In this document: positions 17,254 through 25,068 of the stretch, in pieces | Layout: each line of letters begins with the position of its first letter | How positions within the stretch are numbered: position 1 is the stretch's first letter | The notes under the pieces: generated by a model | Seen by the model: the letters and a program-made list of their open reading frames with translations, nothing else | Told to the model about the DNA's origin: nothing | Databases searched by the model: none | Position numbers and translations under genes: made by a program | Source: Lachnospiraceae bacterium | GTDB lineage: Bacteria > Bacillota > Clostridia > Lachnospirales > Lachnospiraceae | NCBI GenBank assembly: GCA_017477805.1 | Contig: JAFUUM010000001.1 | Location: 1-30,087 of the forward strand | Direction: 5' to 3' | Length of the DNA: 30,087 nt

Positions 17254-17925
17254 TCCTTTCACCTCCTCACGATTATTCATGAGAAACTTTCGTATTTCAA
17301 ATTCTTCCGGCATTTCTTCCAGGGACCTGTCTACAGCGGCTCCTATTCTCATGGTCTTCTTGTTTTTCCTAATGGCATCAATCAACCAGGAGTATTCTTT
17401 CAAGGGTTTACAATCCCTTAAGAGCTCTTTATTGTCCTCCGGTTTGATATTTATCAAATGTACTGTAACTTCAACATCGGATTTGCCCGCGTCTATTGCT
17501 TTATCAAACGAGGAACTGAGTTTCAATTCCTGATCTTCGATATCGTCTGCACCATTATAAAACGTAATCAATCGTGGAAGCGGGAGCCGGATCAGTTTCT
17601 GACCATATAAATCTTGATCAGTATCCATTATATGTTTTTCGTAAAGCCGACTCAGGTACATCAGCTGGCGAATAGGCATATTCGGATTATATGTGCTCTG
17701 CTGCTCATACAGATTGATCGTCGTGTTGAATAAAAACGACACATCATTCTTCATGCCCATGTACAACACATTTTCGATCGTATTGATTTCGATTTCGTCT
17801 GCATTTGTGTAATCTGTCCCGTTCAAAGCATTATAAAGGGACAATGTCCATGGCTTGTTTTCCTCTCGGCCAAAAATAAACGAGAACAGCCGATCCTTGT
17901 ATTTCCTATTTACTTGTTCATTCAT
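17059..17925 (-). CDS. Rpn/YhgA-family PD-(D/E)XK nuclease
   Basis: KYKDRLF, KNDVSF, LYEQQSTYNPNMPIR, ITFYNG, EEGR repeats and C-terminal helical tail. SD GAAAGGAG. Confidence 0.88.
   Translation of the reverse strand: MNEQVNRKYKDRLFSFIFGREENKPWTLSLYNALNGTDYTNADEIEINTIENVLYMGMKNDVSFLFNTTINLYEQQSTYNPNMPIRQLMYLSRLYEKHIMDTDQDLYGQKLIRLPLPRLITFYNGADDIEDQELKLSSSFDKAIDAGKSDVEVTVHLINIKPEDNKELLRDCKPLKEYSWLIDAIRKNKKTMRIGAAVDRSLEEMPEEFEIRKFLMNNREEVKGMLLTEYDEAKHFQKIKEEGREEGREEGRLTTLIDLVQSGDLSMEKAAQKLGIPVSEFEKILQEK
17171..17206 (-). repeat. 12-bp tandem repeat x3 encoding EEGR
   Basis: cggccttcctcg cggccttcctcg cggccctcctct on the plus strand. Confidence 0.85.
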
Positions 17926-17976
17926 TCGTTTCTCCTTTCATGATAGCTTCTTCAGTTTTCAGTTACAAGTGGATAT

Positions 17977-18062
17977 TCTCTGCCGAGTAGGCAGAATGGA
18001 GCGACTGCTCCTTTTGAATGGAAGATGGGTACATCATACCACAGCGCAAATTGGTTGACAAG
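17977..18062 (-). promoter_or_regulatory. Promoter plus double-hairpin leader, copy C1, upstream of rpn
   Basis: TTGTCA (18056-18061)-17-TATGAT (18033-18038) with TG extension. Same hairpins as C2. Confidence 0.85.
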
Positions 18063-18133
18063 CTGTCTCTGCGCGACAGCGCAGTTTTTTCAAGGGCGGA
18101 GGCGGAAGCCTCCGGCTTCCTTTCTTGAAAGGA

Positions 18134-18167
18134 AAGAACCCGAACGGGTTACCCCGTTCGGGTTCTT
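18134..18167 (-). terminator. Intrinsic terminator of the rubrerythrin-desulfoferrodoxin operon
   Basis: Perfect 15-bp IR AAGAACCCGAACGGG/CCCGTTCGGGTTCTT, 4-nt loop, T-rich tail on the minus strand. Confidence 0.85.
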
Positions 18168-18193
18168 CTGATCACTTTATGTTCTTCCAAAGC

Positions 18194-18568
18194 TTACAGT
18201 TCTTTAACCCACAGTCCGTGGAGGTTGCAGTACTCGTAAACAGCTACAGGCTTCTCGCCTGCTGCCAGTACGAACTCAGCCTTGGGAGCTTCTTCGGGCT
18301 TTAAGTACTTAATCTGGGCACCGGTCTCCGTTTCGAGAACGATGAACTCGATGTAGTGTGCTTCCACCATAGGATGCTGGGTTTCGCCGATCTGCACCTT
18401 TACAACGTTTCCTTCTACGGTAACTGCCGGTACATGTTTCTCATGGGCACCGTCGGTAGCACCGGGAACCAGTTCTTTCATAGGTTCGCCGCAGCAAACT
18501 ACCGGCACTTTGGAGTCGTGCAGTTTGGTAATGATATTTCCGCAATGTTCACACTTATAGAATTTCAT
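18194..18568 (-). CDS. dfx: Desulfoferrodoxin / superoxide reductase
   Basis: CEHCG...VVCCG (desulforedoxin domain), EKHVP, HPM..HYI, YCNLHGLW. Confidence 0.96.
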   Translation of the reverse strand: MKFYKCEHCGNIITKLHDSKVPVVCCGEPMKELVPGATDGAHEKHVPAVTVEGNVVKVQIGETQHPMVEAHYIEFIVLETETGAQIKYLKPEEAPKAEFVLAAGEKPVAVYEYCNLHGLWVKEL

Positions 18569-18656
18569 AACCCATAACCCCTTTCTGAGAGGCTTTGCCC
18601 CTCCTTACGCATTTTCGAAAACCCTATATCTGCCATCCGGACATTGCCGGTAGGTT

Positions 18657-19199
18657 TTAATAATTTGCTTCGTGAACTTCGAAATAAGCCTGAGGATGGT
18701 TGCAGACAGGGCATACTTCCGGAGCTTCGGTGCCCACAACGATATGACCGCAGTTTCTGCACTCCCAAACCTTTACTTCGCTCTTTTTAAAGACTTCCTG
18801 CGCTTCCACGTTATGAAGCAGTGCACGATATCTCTCCTCGTGAGCCTTCTCGATGGCTGCTACGCCGCGAAACTTTGCTGCCAGTTCAGGGAAGCCTTCC
18901 TTTTCAGCGGTCTCTGCAAAACCTGCGTACATATCGGTCCACTCGTAGTTCTCGCCCTCAGCTGCATCAGCCAGGTTCTCTGCGGTGCTGCCGATGCCGT
19001 AAAGCTCTTTGTACCACATCTTTGCATGCTCTTTCTCATTATCAGCTGTCTTTAAGAACAGACCTGCGATCTGCTCAAAACCCTCTTTCTTTGCCTTGGA
19101 TGCAAAGTAAGTGTACTTATTGCGTGCCTGAGACTCTCCCGCAAAGGCTGCCATCAGGTTCTTTTCCGTCTGTGTTCCTGCATATTTATTGTTACCCAT
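18657..19199 (-). CDS. rbr: Rubrerythrin
   Basis: [49 protein letters not shown]...CPVC. Start moved to ATG 19199 (SD GGGAGG). Confidence 0.96.
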   Translation of the reverse strand: MGNNKYAGTQTEKNLMAAFAGESQARNKYTYFASKAKKEGFEQIAGLFLKTADNEKEHAKMWYKELYGIGSTAENLADAAEGENYEWTDMYAGFAETAEKEGFPELAAKFRGVAAIEKAHEERYRALLHNVEAQEVFKKSEVKVWECRNCGHIVVGTEAPEVCPVCNHPQAYFEVHEANY

Positions 19200-19293
19200 A
19201 TTTTTGTCCTCCCGCAATATTGTTTTATCATTTATATGGCGACAAGTTTAGTATACTAAATATTTGGTCATATAGTAGTACTTTATCAAACTT

Positions 19294-19308
19294 TTATAAT
19301 TGTTTTCA
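19294..19308. promoter_or_regulatory. Possible PerR box upstream of rbr
   Basis: TTATAATTGTTTTCA matches 11/14 informative positions of TTATAATnATTATAA. AT-rich context raises the chance of a random match. Confidence 0.3.
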
Positions 19309-20421
19309 GATTTCAAAACCCTTGAGTTTTGCATGGACCCAGCGAACAAAATGAGGGTCTAATGTGGCAAAGATCTTCAGATAGGTCCTGTTCTTTTTTG
19401 AAAGCCCGGGAACCCTATCAATATCCTTTTTATGCCGCTTCACAAAGTCTTTTACTTCCTGATACTGAACATTGTCCTTTGTCATCTGTCTGACCGGGAT
19501 ATGGAGCAGGTACTCCAGACGCTGGAAAAGTCCAAAACGCAGAGCAACCGGTACAAGATCCGGGTATTTTTCCACCGCCAGTTTTTGGCACAGATCCGCA
19601 TTTTCCACGCAGTCATAGAAGACTCTGGAAAACCTGGTCTTTACGGTCCGGGAGTTGCTGCCGGATTTATAGAATACATGGTAGCCGCGGTACGGGAGGC
19701 AAATGAGGGCCGGAGTCGTATCCTCCGTTGTTTCCGCCTTCCCGACCGTCGGTGCCGTATCGAATTCACTTAGGATCTCCACCAACACTCTGAAGTCCTC
19801 ATTCAGCTTTCCCTCCGGGAAGCGATGATCTCCCAGCAGATCCCTGTGGATCAGTTTGGTGCACATGGAGGCATCCCCCTTATGAAGGAGCATTTCCTTC
19901 AGGAATTCTTCTGCGGTATAGGTTGTGGGCTTCTCCGGCGGAATACAGATATCCGGAAGGATGGTGCCGTCTTCCGCGATCTCGTCCCGTGCGATCTGAG
20001 CCAGGCGGATATTGCTTCCTGTTAGAGCCTTATGTAACTTCTCGTACATATCGGGAGCGATATGATCATCGCTATCCACAAAGCCCAGATAGGTTCCCTT
20101 TGCATTTTCGATAGCCAGGTTACGTGCTGCGGAAGATCCTCCGTTTTCCTTGTGAAAGACACGTACCCTCGGATCGCCTGCTGCCAGTTCATCGCATAGT
20201 TCTCCGGAACCGTCCGTTGACCCATCATCTACAAGGAGAACTTCAATGTTTTCGTAAGTCTGCCTTAAGATGGACTCCACGCATCGGCGGAGGTAATCCT
20301 TGATGTTGTAGACCGGCACAATGACACTGATCAGATCTGTATTCGATTGTGAGGCATGGCTGTTTTCCATAGGTTCCTCAATTATTTCTTTAATTTGTTC
20401 ATTCAGATTATCTTGATCCAC
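19306..20421 (-). CDS. GT2 family glycosyltransferase
   Basis: ISVIVPVYN, LVDDGSTD, HKENGGSSAARN, FVDSDD, LNED. The true start may be a later Met. Confidence 0.92.
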   Translation of the reverse strand: MDQDNLNEQIKEIIEEPMENSHASQSNTDLISVIVPVYNIKDYLRRCVESILRQTYENIEVLLVDDGSTDGSGELCDELAAGDPRVRVFHKENGGSSAARNLAIENAKGTYLGFVDSDDHIAPDMYEKLHKALTGSNIRLAQIARDEIAEDGTILPDICIPPEKPTTYTAEEFLKEMLLHKGDASMCTKLIHRDLLGDHRFPEGKLNEDFRVLVEILSEFDTAPTVGKAETTEDTTPALICLPYRGYHVFYKSGSNSRTVKTRFSRVFYDCVENADLCQKLAVEKYPDLVPVALRFGLFQRLEYLLHIPVRQMTKDNVQYQEVKDFVKRHKKDIDRVPGLSKKNRTYLKIFATLDPHFVRWVHAKLKGFEI

Positions 20422-20425
20422 AGGA

Positions 20426-21604
20426 TCAGCGGATCTTACACCAGTACCTTCTCGGCGAGTACACTTCCGCCCTGCTTCCGGGGCCTTCTTCGAATCGGGT
20501 CTGTACCCGGCCCTCTTTTAACTCTTCGCAGATCTTTATAAGGCGCTCTGCAGCCACCCCGGGATTCCACAGTTCATGGACCGTCTGATACGCCGCCCGG
20601 CCCAGTGATTCGGAATCACCCTTTTGCATCAACTCATAGAGCCGTCTGTTTAAGTCCTTCTGATCCCGGCTCTTAAAGACGATCCCATTCTCCCCATCTT
20701 TTACAAGATAGGGGGTTGCTCCGATCTCATGGCTTGCCAGCACGGCGCATCCGCTGTTCATGGCTTCGTTTAAGACCGCGCCCCAGCCTTCCTGCCTGTC
20801 GCTGGTAAAGAGATAAATATCTGCGCTTTCCATATAGGTCCGCACTTCTTCCGGGGATTGAAAGCCCGCAAAATCAATATGAGCCTTCAGCGGGTCGCAC
20901 ACCATGGCCTTTAACGCTTCTTCCAGTTCGCCTCCGCCCACCATGGTAAGGTGGAAGTCCGTTACGCCCTGACTAAGGAGGTACTTTGCTGCTTCAATGG
21001 CTATCTCCGGATGCTTCCAGTCGATCATCCGGCCTGCCCAGAGGATTTCCATAACGCCCTTTTGGCTCTTTTTCCCCTGCATCAGCGCATCCACATCCTG
21101 CTCCTTGATCTCAGGGAAATAGCCCCACTTGATCATCTTGCCGGGATATGCGTGGATCAGTGCAAAATCAGAGGCCACATAAGCTCCTGCACAGAGAAGA
21201 TAAACCGGATCTTTCCGATAACGTATGTGGTCATGGTACTTTTTCTTTAAGCCTCTGGGAGAGATGGCTTTCCACTGTCCGGTCTTATAGATCCTCTCAC
21301 TGTAACGCAGAACTGGCTTTTTCAAAAGAAGTCTGGGCTCGATAAAGCTTTCATCGTCCTGCCCGCCAAAGATCACAACGTCACTGTTTGCGATCAGTTC
21401 CTTACAGCCCTCCGGATCCTCGCTGTACTTTTTGACGTAGGGAACAGAGGCCGCCAGATCTTCCCAGCCCATGTTCAGCCGCTCTGCCGCAACATCTTCG
21501 GTCTGGATGAAAGTATAGTCTTTCCCCAGGCGCTCATAGAGCCGGTCCGACATGGGTTTCTGGTGATGATTTATGTAGTTAGATACAAAGGTTAATGTCA
21601 TCAT
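20426..21604 (-). CDS. GT4 (GT-B) glycosyltransferase
   Basis: ILWAGRMIDWK, VGGGEL, EGWGAVLNEAMNSG (EX7E), DGENG. Confidence 0.92.
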   Translation of the reverse strand: MMTLTFVSNYINHHQKPMSDRLYERLGKDYTFIQTEDVAAERLNMGWEDLAASVPYVKKYSEDPEGCKELIANSDVVIFGGQDDESFIEPRLLLKKPVLRYSERIYKTGQWKAISPRGLKKKYHDHIRYRKDPVYLLCAGAYVASDFALIHAYPGKMIKWGYFPEIKEQDVDALMQGKKSQKGVMEILWAGRMIDWKHPEIAIEAAKYLLSQGVTDFHLTMVGGGELEEALKAMVCDPLKAHIDFAGFQSPEEVRTYMESADIYLFTSDRQEGWGAVLNEAMNSGCAVLASHEIGATPYLVKDGENGIVFKSRDQKDLNRRLYELMQKGDSESLGRAAYQTVHELWNPGVAAERLIKICEELKEGRVQTRFEEGPGSRAEVYSPRRYWCKIR

Positions 21605-22922
21605 AGATCTTCAATAACGCCCTGTAATTTGCCTCCGGATCATGGGTGGATAACGCATGGGCTCTGGCATGGGCTGTCTGCATCTCCACTGCAACGCCCC
21701 CTGCAAACACATGGCAGATGGCCCCCGCAAGGCCTTCGATATCCTCCGGAACGAACATCACGCCGTCAGCATTTTCCGCAAAGAGGGTGGAAATACCGCC
21801 CACGCGGCTGCACACCGCCGGGGTTCCCAGGATCATTGCTTCTCCCACGGAATTGGGAGAGTTTTCATTGGTGGAAGCACAAACATACACATTTGCCTGC
21901 AGGTACTGCTTCTTCATCTCTTCTGCATCAATGCTTCCAAGGAACACCACGTGATCCTTCAACTTATGGCTCTTGATCAGATCCCGGATGTAAACGCCGT
22001 AGGACTCCAGTTTCAGTTTTCCCGTCACCCGGCTGGGTCCCTTTGCAAGGGAAGATTTGATAATGCTGTTTCCCGCAACGTAGAGCACAGTGTCCGGGTA
22101 TTTCTCCAGCACCTTCGGCAGCGCCTCCAGCACAAAATGAAGCCCCTTTAAAGGATAGTCCCCCTGGCTCATAAAGATCCTGTGGGGTACGCAGGTTTCT
22201 GCACTCCACCTGCTGCCATCGTAGAAAACAGGCCTCAAAGTTTCGTTTAAGACGTGGTACTTTACATTGGGGTTCTGGATCTGGACCCAGTTTTTGTCAA
22301 AGGCGGTCCGGCCGATAACATGAGCGGTCTTTCGGATGGCAATCCGCTCCGCATCTCCCCGGATCTCCATCTTTCTCTGCTGCTTCGGGAGACTGTCACA
22401 CTTCATAACATCCCGGAAAGTTTTCCGTTTCCAGACTTTATCCGGCAGATCCGCCCGATAGGCTTTGGCAATCTCCGTACAGATTCCCTGGAGATTTAAA
22501 GCCACTCTGCTTCCTTTCCCCATGTTTTTTGCGGCGGTCAGCATCGCCCGTACATGCGGGTACTCCGTGCCGAAAACATGGATCACATCCGGATCAAAAT
22601 CCTCCAGGATCTCCTCAAAGCGCTTCTCCATCTTGGGGTCGTACTTTTCAGCTTTCAGCAGTTTTTCCGTAAAGCCATAGGCTTTGAACTTGCCCCCCTG
22701 CTCCCGCTCCATCTCCCCGGTATATTTCCCAAAGGCTTCGGTCGCGGGAAAGCATACGCCAAGCTCGATCTTCGGCTCTTTCCCTGCCGTTTCCGCATCT
22801 TCCTGTGACCTCATCAGACGGTCAAAGAGACCGGTGAGCCAGCCCTCTTTTCTGCTGGCTTCCAAACTTAATTGATTTGCAATTTCCGGCAACATGATGT
22901 TGCACAGCCATAAAATCCGCAT
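21579..22922 (-). CDS. GT4 (GT-B) glycosyltransferase
   Basis: DVIHVFGTE, YPLKGL, ENSPNSVGEAMILG (EX7E), SRVGGI. Confidence 0.9.
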   Translation of the reverse strand: MRILWLCNIMLPEIANQLSLEASRKEGWLTGLFDRLMRSQEDAETAGKEPKIELGVCFPATEAFGKYTGEMEREQGGKFKAYGFTEKLLKAEKYDPKMEKRFEEILEDFDPDVIHVFGTEYPHVRAMLTAAKNMGKGSRVALNLQGICTEIAKAYRADLPDKVWKRKTFRDVMKCDSLPKQQRKMEIRGDAERIAIRKTAHVIGRTAFDKNWVQIQNPNVKYHVLNETLRPVFYDGSRWSAETCVPHRIFMSQGDYPLKGLHFVLEALPKVLEKYPDTVLYVAGNSIIKSSLAKGPSRVTGKLKLESYGVYIRDLIKSHKLKDHVVFLGSIDAEEMKKQYLQANVYVCASTNENSPNSVGEAMILGTPAVCSRVGGISTLFAENADGVMFVPEDIEGLAGAICHVFAGGVAVEMQTAHARAHALSTHDPEANYRALLKIYDDINLCI

Positions 22923-22967
22923 AATACCTTTCGACGTTTCGTCGTTTTCCCCTTTTTATTTTGTTTC

Positions 22968-23762
22968 TTAGTTCCGGGTTGATCTCCCCTCCCGGATCCC
23001 GGCTCTCATGAATCCGAAAGCCTTCCCTACAGGAATGTCTTTACAAAGTTTGGCTTTATGAGCCAGTAAAAAACGCAAAGACCAGGCTGTTGCCATTTTC
23101 CCGTAAAGGAAGTGATAAAGCACGCCCCGGTCATGGAAAAAGCGCTCATCATAGCCTCTAAACCAGGTGGATTCTCCGGCAGCCTCTCTTCCTATTGTCA
23201 CAGGGGACGCATAAACCTTGATCCCCGCATCCATAAGATCTTTTAAAAACAGGCTGTCTTCTCCTGCCAGGTACTTCGCTCCGCCTCCAAATAAAAGAGA
23301 GTATCTCACTCCCGTTGAAAGCAGCTTTTCCCGTCGGATGGCAAAGGTCACAGCACCGTAGCGCCCGCAGTTATACCATTTGACACGTTTCCACGCTTCG
23401 TTATGGAAGGTCCGGCGATCCTCCGCAACATCCACGTTAAAGAGGATCATATCCGCTTCCGGGTGAGCATCAAACTCTTTCTCAATGGTGCTCGCATACC
23501 CGGTCTCGTAGATCATATCCTGATCCGCAAAAAGGACGATCTCTGCCCGGGACTCTTCAAGACATCTGTTCCGGGACTTCCCCACACCACGTTCCGGCGA
23601 TGTAACGGACACCACCCGATGCCCCCGGAACTCCAGGATCTCTTTGTCCTCCCGATCCGCCTGATTGGTGATCACCGCATCGGAATTGACTTCCATCCGG
23701 TACAGGAGCTGTTCGATATTCGGTTGTTCCAGGACTGAGATTAAGAGTTCGACTCGCGACAT
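22968..23762 (-). CDS. GT2/GT-A glycosyltransferase
   Basis: ERGVGKSRN, IVLFADQD, GEDSLF. Start moved to ATG 23762 (SD GAAAGG). Confidence 0.85.
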   Translation of the reverse strand: MSRVELLISVLEQPNIEQLLYRMEVNSDAVITNQADREDKEILEFRGHRVVSVTSPERGVGKSRNRCLEESRAEIVLFADQDMIYETGYASTIEKEFDAHPEADMILFNVDVAEDRRTFHNEAWKRVKWYNCGRYGAVTFAIRREKLLSTGVRYSLLFGGGAKYLAGEDSLFLKDLMDAGIKVYASPVTIGREAAGESTWFRGYDERFFHDRGVLYHFLYGKMATAWSLRFLLAHKAKLCKDIPVGKAFGFMRAGIREGRSTRN

Positions 23763-23860
23763 GTTACCAATTTCCTTTCTAAAACCCAAACGAGTTGCGA
23801 GAGTTTCGCTCTTCGTGCAAGCACGATCGCATCACTCGACTTTGTCACAGTTTGGTTTCG

Positions 23861-25048
23861 TCATTGGAAGATCCAATTTCGATAGGGCAGGATCCGGATA
23901 TCAATGCTGTAGGCGCTTCGTAAGAACAGTGCAAAGTAAGCAAGGAATGCCAGCGTAATGGCGGCTGTCCAGAAGATCCGCTGTCTTTTGTCCCTGATCC
24001 TCGTAAGGAGGGCCGGCAAAAACAAAATGTGGGTAATGTTCAGATAGTACCCGATACGGCTGATCTCCGGGATAAAGGATGCAAACACGTAAAGGAGCAG
24101 AGCAAAGAAATTGCAGTTGAAGTAGAACCGGAGTCTTGCGGATGCCTTCTCCTCTGCTTCCATCCTCTGCCCACCGGCCGCTGCAACGGGATCGATCACA
24201 CTCCGATAGTAGATCAATCCCATGATCAATACTGCAACGCCCTTGGCGATGTTGGTCAGGGATGTTGCCCCGGTATCAAACATGGAGCCTTCGTAATAAG
24301 GATAAAAGGTAAAGATGATCCGCCGGTACACACCGGGAAGTGCCACAAGGCTGATGCAAAAGATCACGGGAAGGATCAGATGGATCCGTTTCCACTTCAC
24401 GTTTGCAAGAAGGTACAGGGGGATCACCACAAGTACCGACTTGTGGAACAACGCTGCCACGCAGATCAGCAGGATAAAATGAACATACCTTCCGTCCAGC
24501 ACATATTTCATGCTGTATAATGCAATGGCCAGGACCAGATAATACCGTACGGAATTCAGGCTGGAGAAGTAATACCCCGCCGTCATGAGGAGAAATACCG
24601 AGTACCCGAACCATTCGCTCTGATCTTCCAGCGCTCTGACAAAAAACAGCACCGTAAAGAAGGCAAAGAACGCAAAGATGGGCAGATACTGATCGTGGTT
24701 CAGGATCGCCTGGAGCACCTTGACAACAAAGATAAAGCCGGGTTCAAACGCCACATGACGGTTCTGCTCGATAAGCAGAAAATCCGCCCGGTAAACCCAG
24801 TAATCATTTCCCACTGCGATGCGGCAGGCAGAAACTCCGAACAGGAGAATGAAGACCATGATGATCAGTCCCTTATTCCAGGCCTGCTGCCTGGTGATCC
24901 CGGGGAGCATCAGCAATCGCTTCTCACTATGCAGTTGTAAGGCTTCCCCTCTGCCGTTTCCGATGACGGTCTCATTTCGGAGAACCAACATCCCCAAGGC
25001 CGTCACCAGTACCGTCAGCACGAGGTAAACGCTGATACTGATCTCCAT
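23861..25048 (-). CDS. EpsG-family polysaccharide polymerase (Wzy-like)
   Basis: Multi-TM; VGNDY, FEPGF, NSVRYYL, FHKS, EISRIGYY, PYRNWIF. Confidence 0.85.
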   Translation of the reverse strand: MEISISVYLVLTVLVTALGMLVLRNETVIGNGRGEALQLHSEKRLLMLPGITRQQAWNKGLIIMVFILLFGVSACRIAVGNDYWVYRADFLLIEQNRHVAFEPGFIFVVKVLQAILNHDQYLPIFAFFAFFTVLFFVRALEDQSEWFGYSVFLLMTAGYYFSSLNSVRYYLVLAIALYSMKYVLDGRYVHFILLICVAALFHKSVLVVIPLYLLANVKWKRIHLILPVIFCISLVALPGVYRRIIFTFYPYYEGSMFDTGATSLTNIAKGVAVLIMGLIYYRSVIDPVAAAGGQRMEAEEKASARLRFYFNCNFFALLLYVFASFIPEISRIGYYLNITHILFLPALLTRIRDKRQRIFWTAAITLAFLAYFALFLRSAYSIDIRILPYRNWIFQ

Positions 25049-25068
25049 ATCTTCGAATTCTGTCTCTC

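Noticed and set aside
17059-17925. rpn as an IS transposase
   Set aside because: PD-(D/E)XK family, no DDE/HUH motifs and no terminal inverted repeats. The 'putative transposase' label for this family is unsupported.
16817-18062. CRISPR array or mini-array from the TCTCTGCCGA..GTAGGCA repeats
   Set aside because: Only three copies at irregular spacing (127 and 1033 bp), and no cas genes.
18063-18130. Extra small hairpins (GCTGTC/GACAGC, GGAAGCC/GGCTTCC) beside the dfx terminator
   Set aside because: No second copy or known motif. Treated as part of the terminator region.
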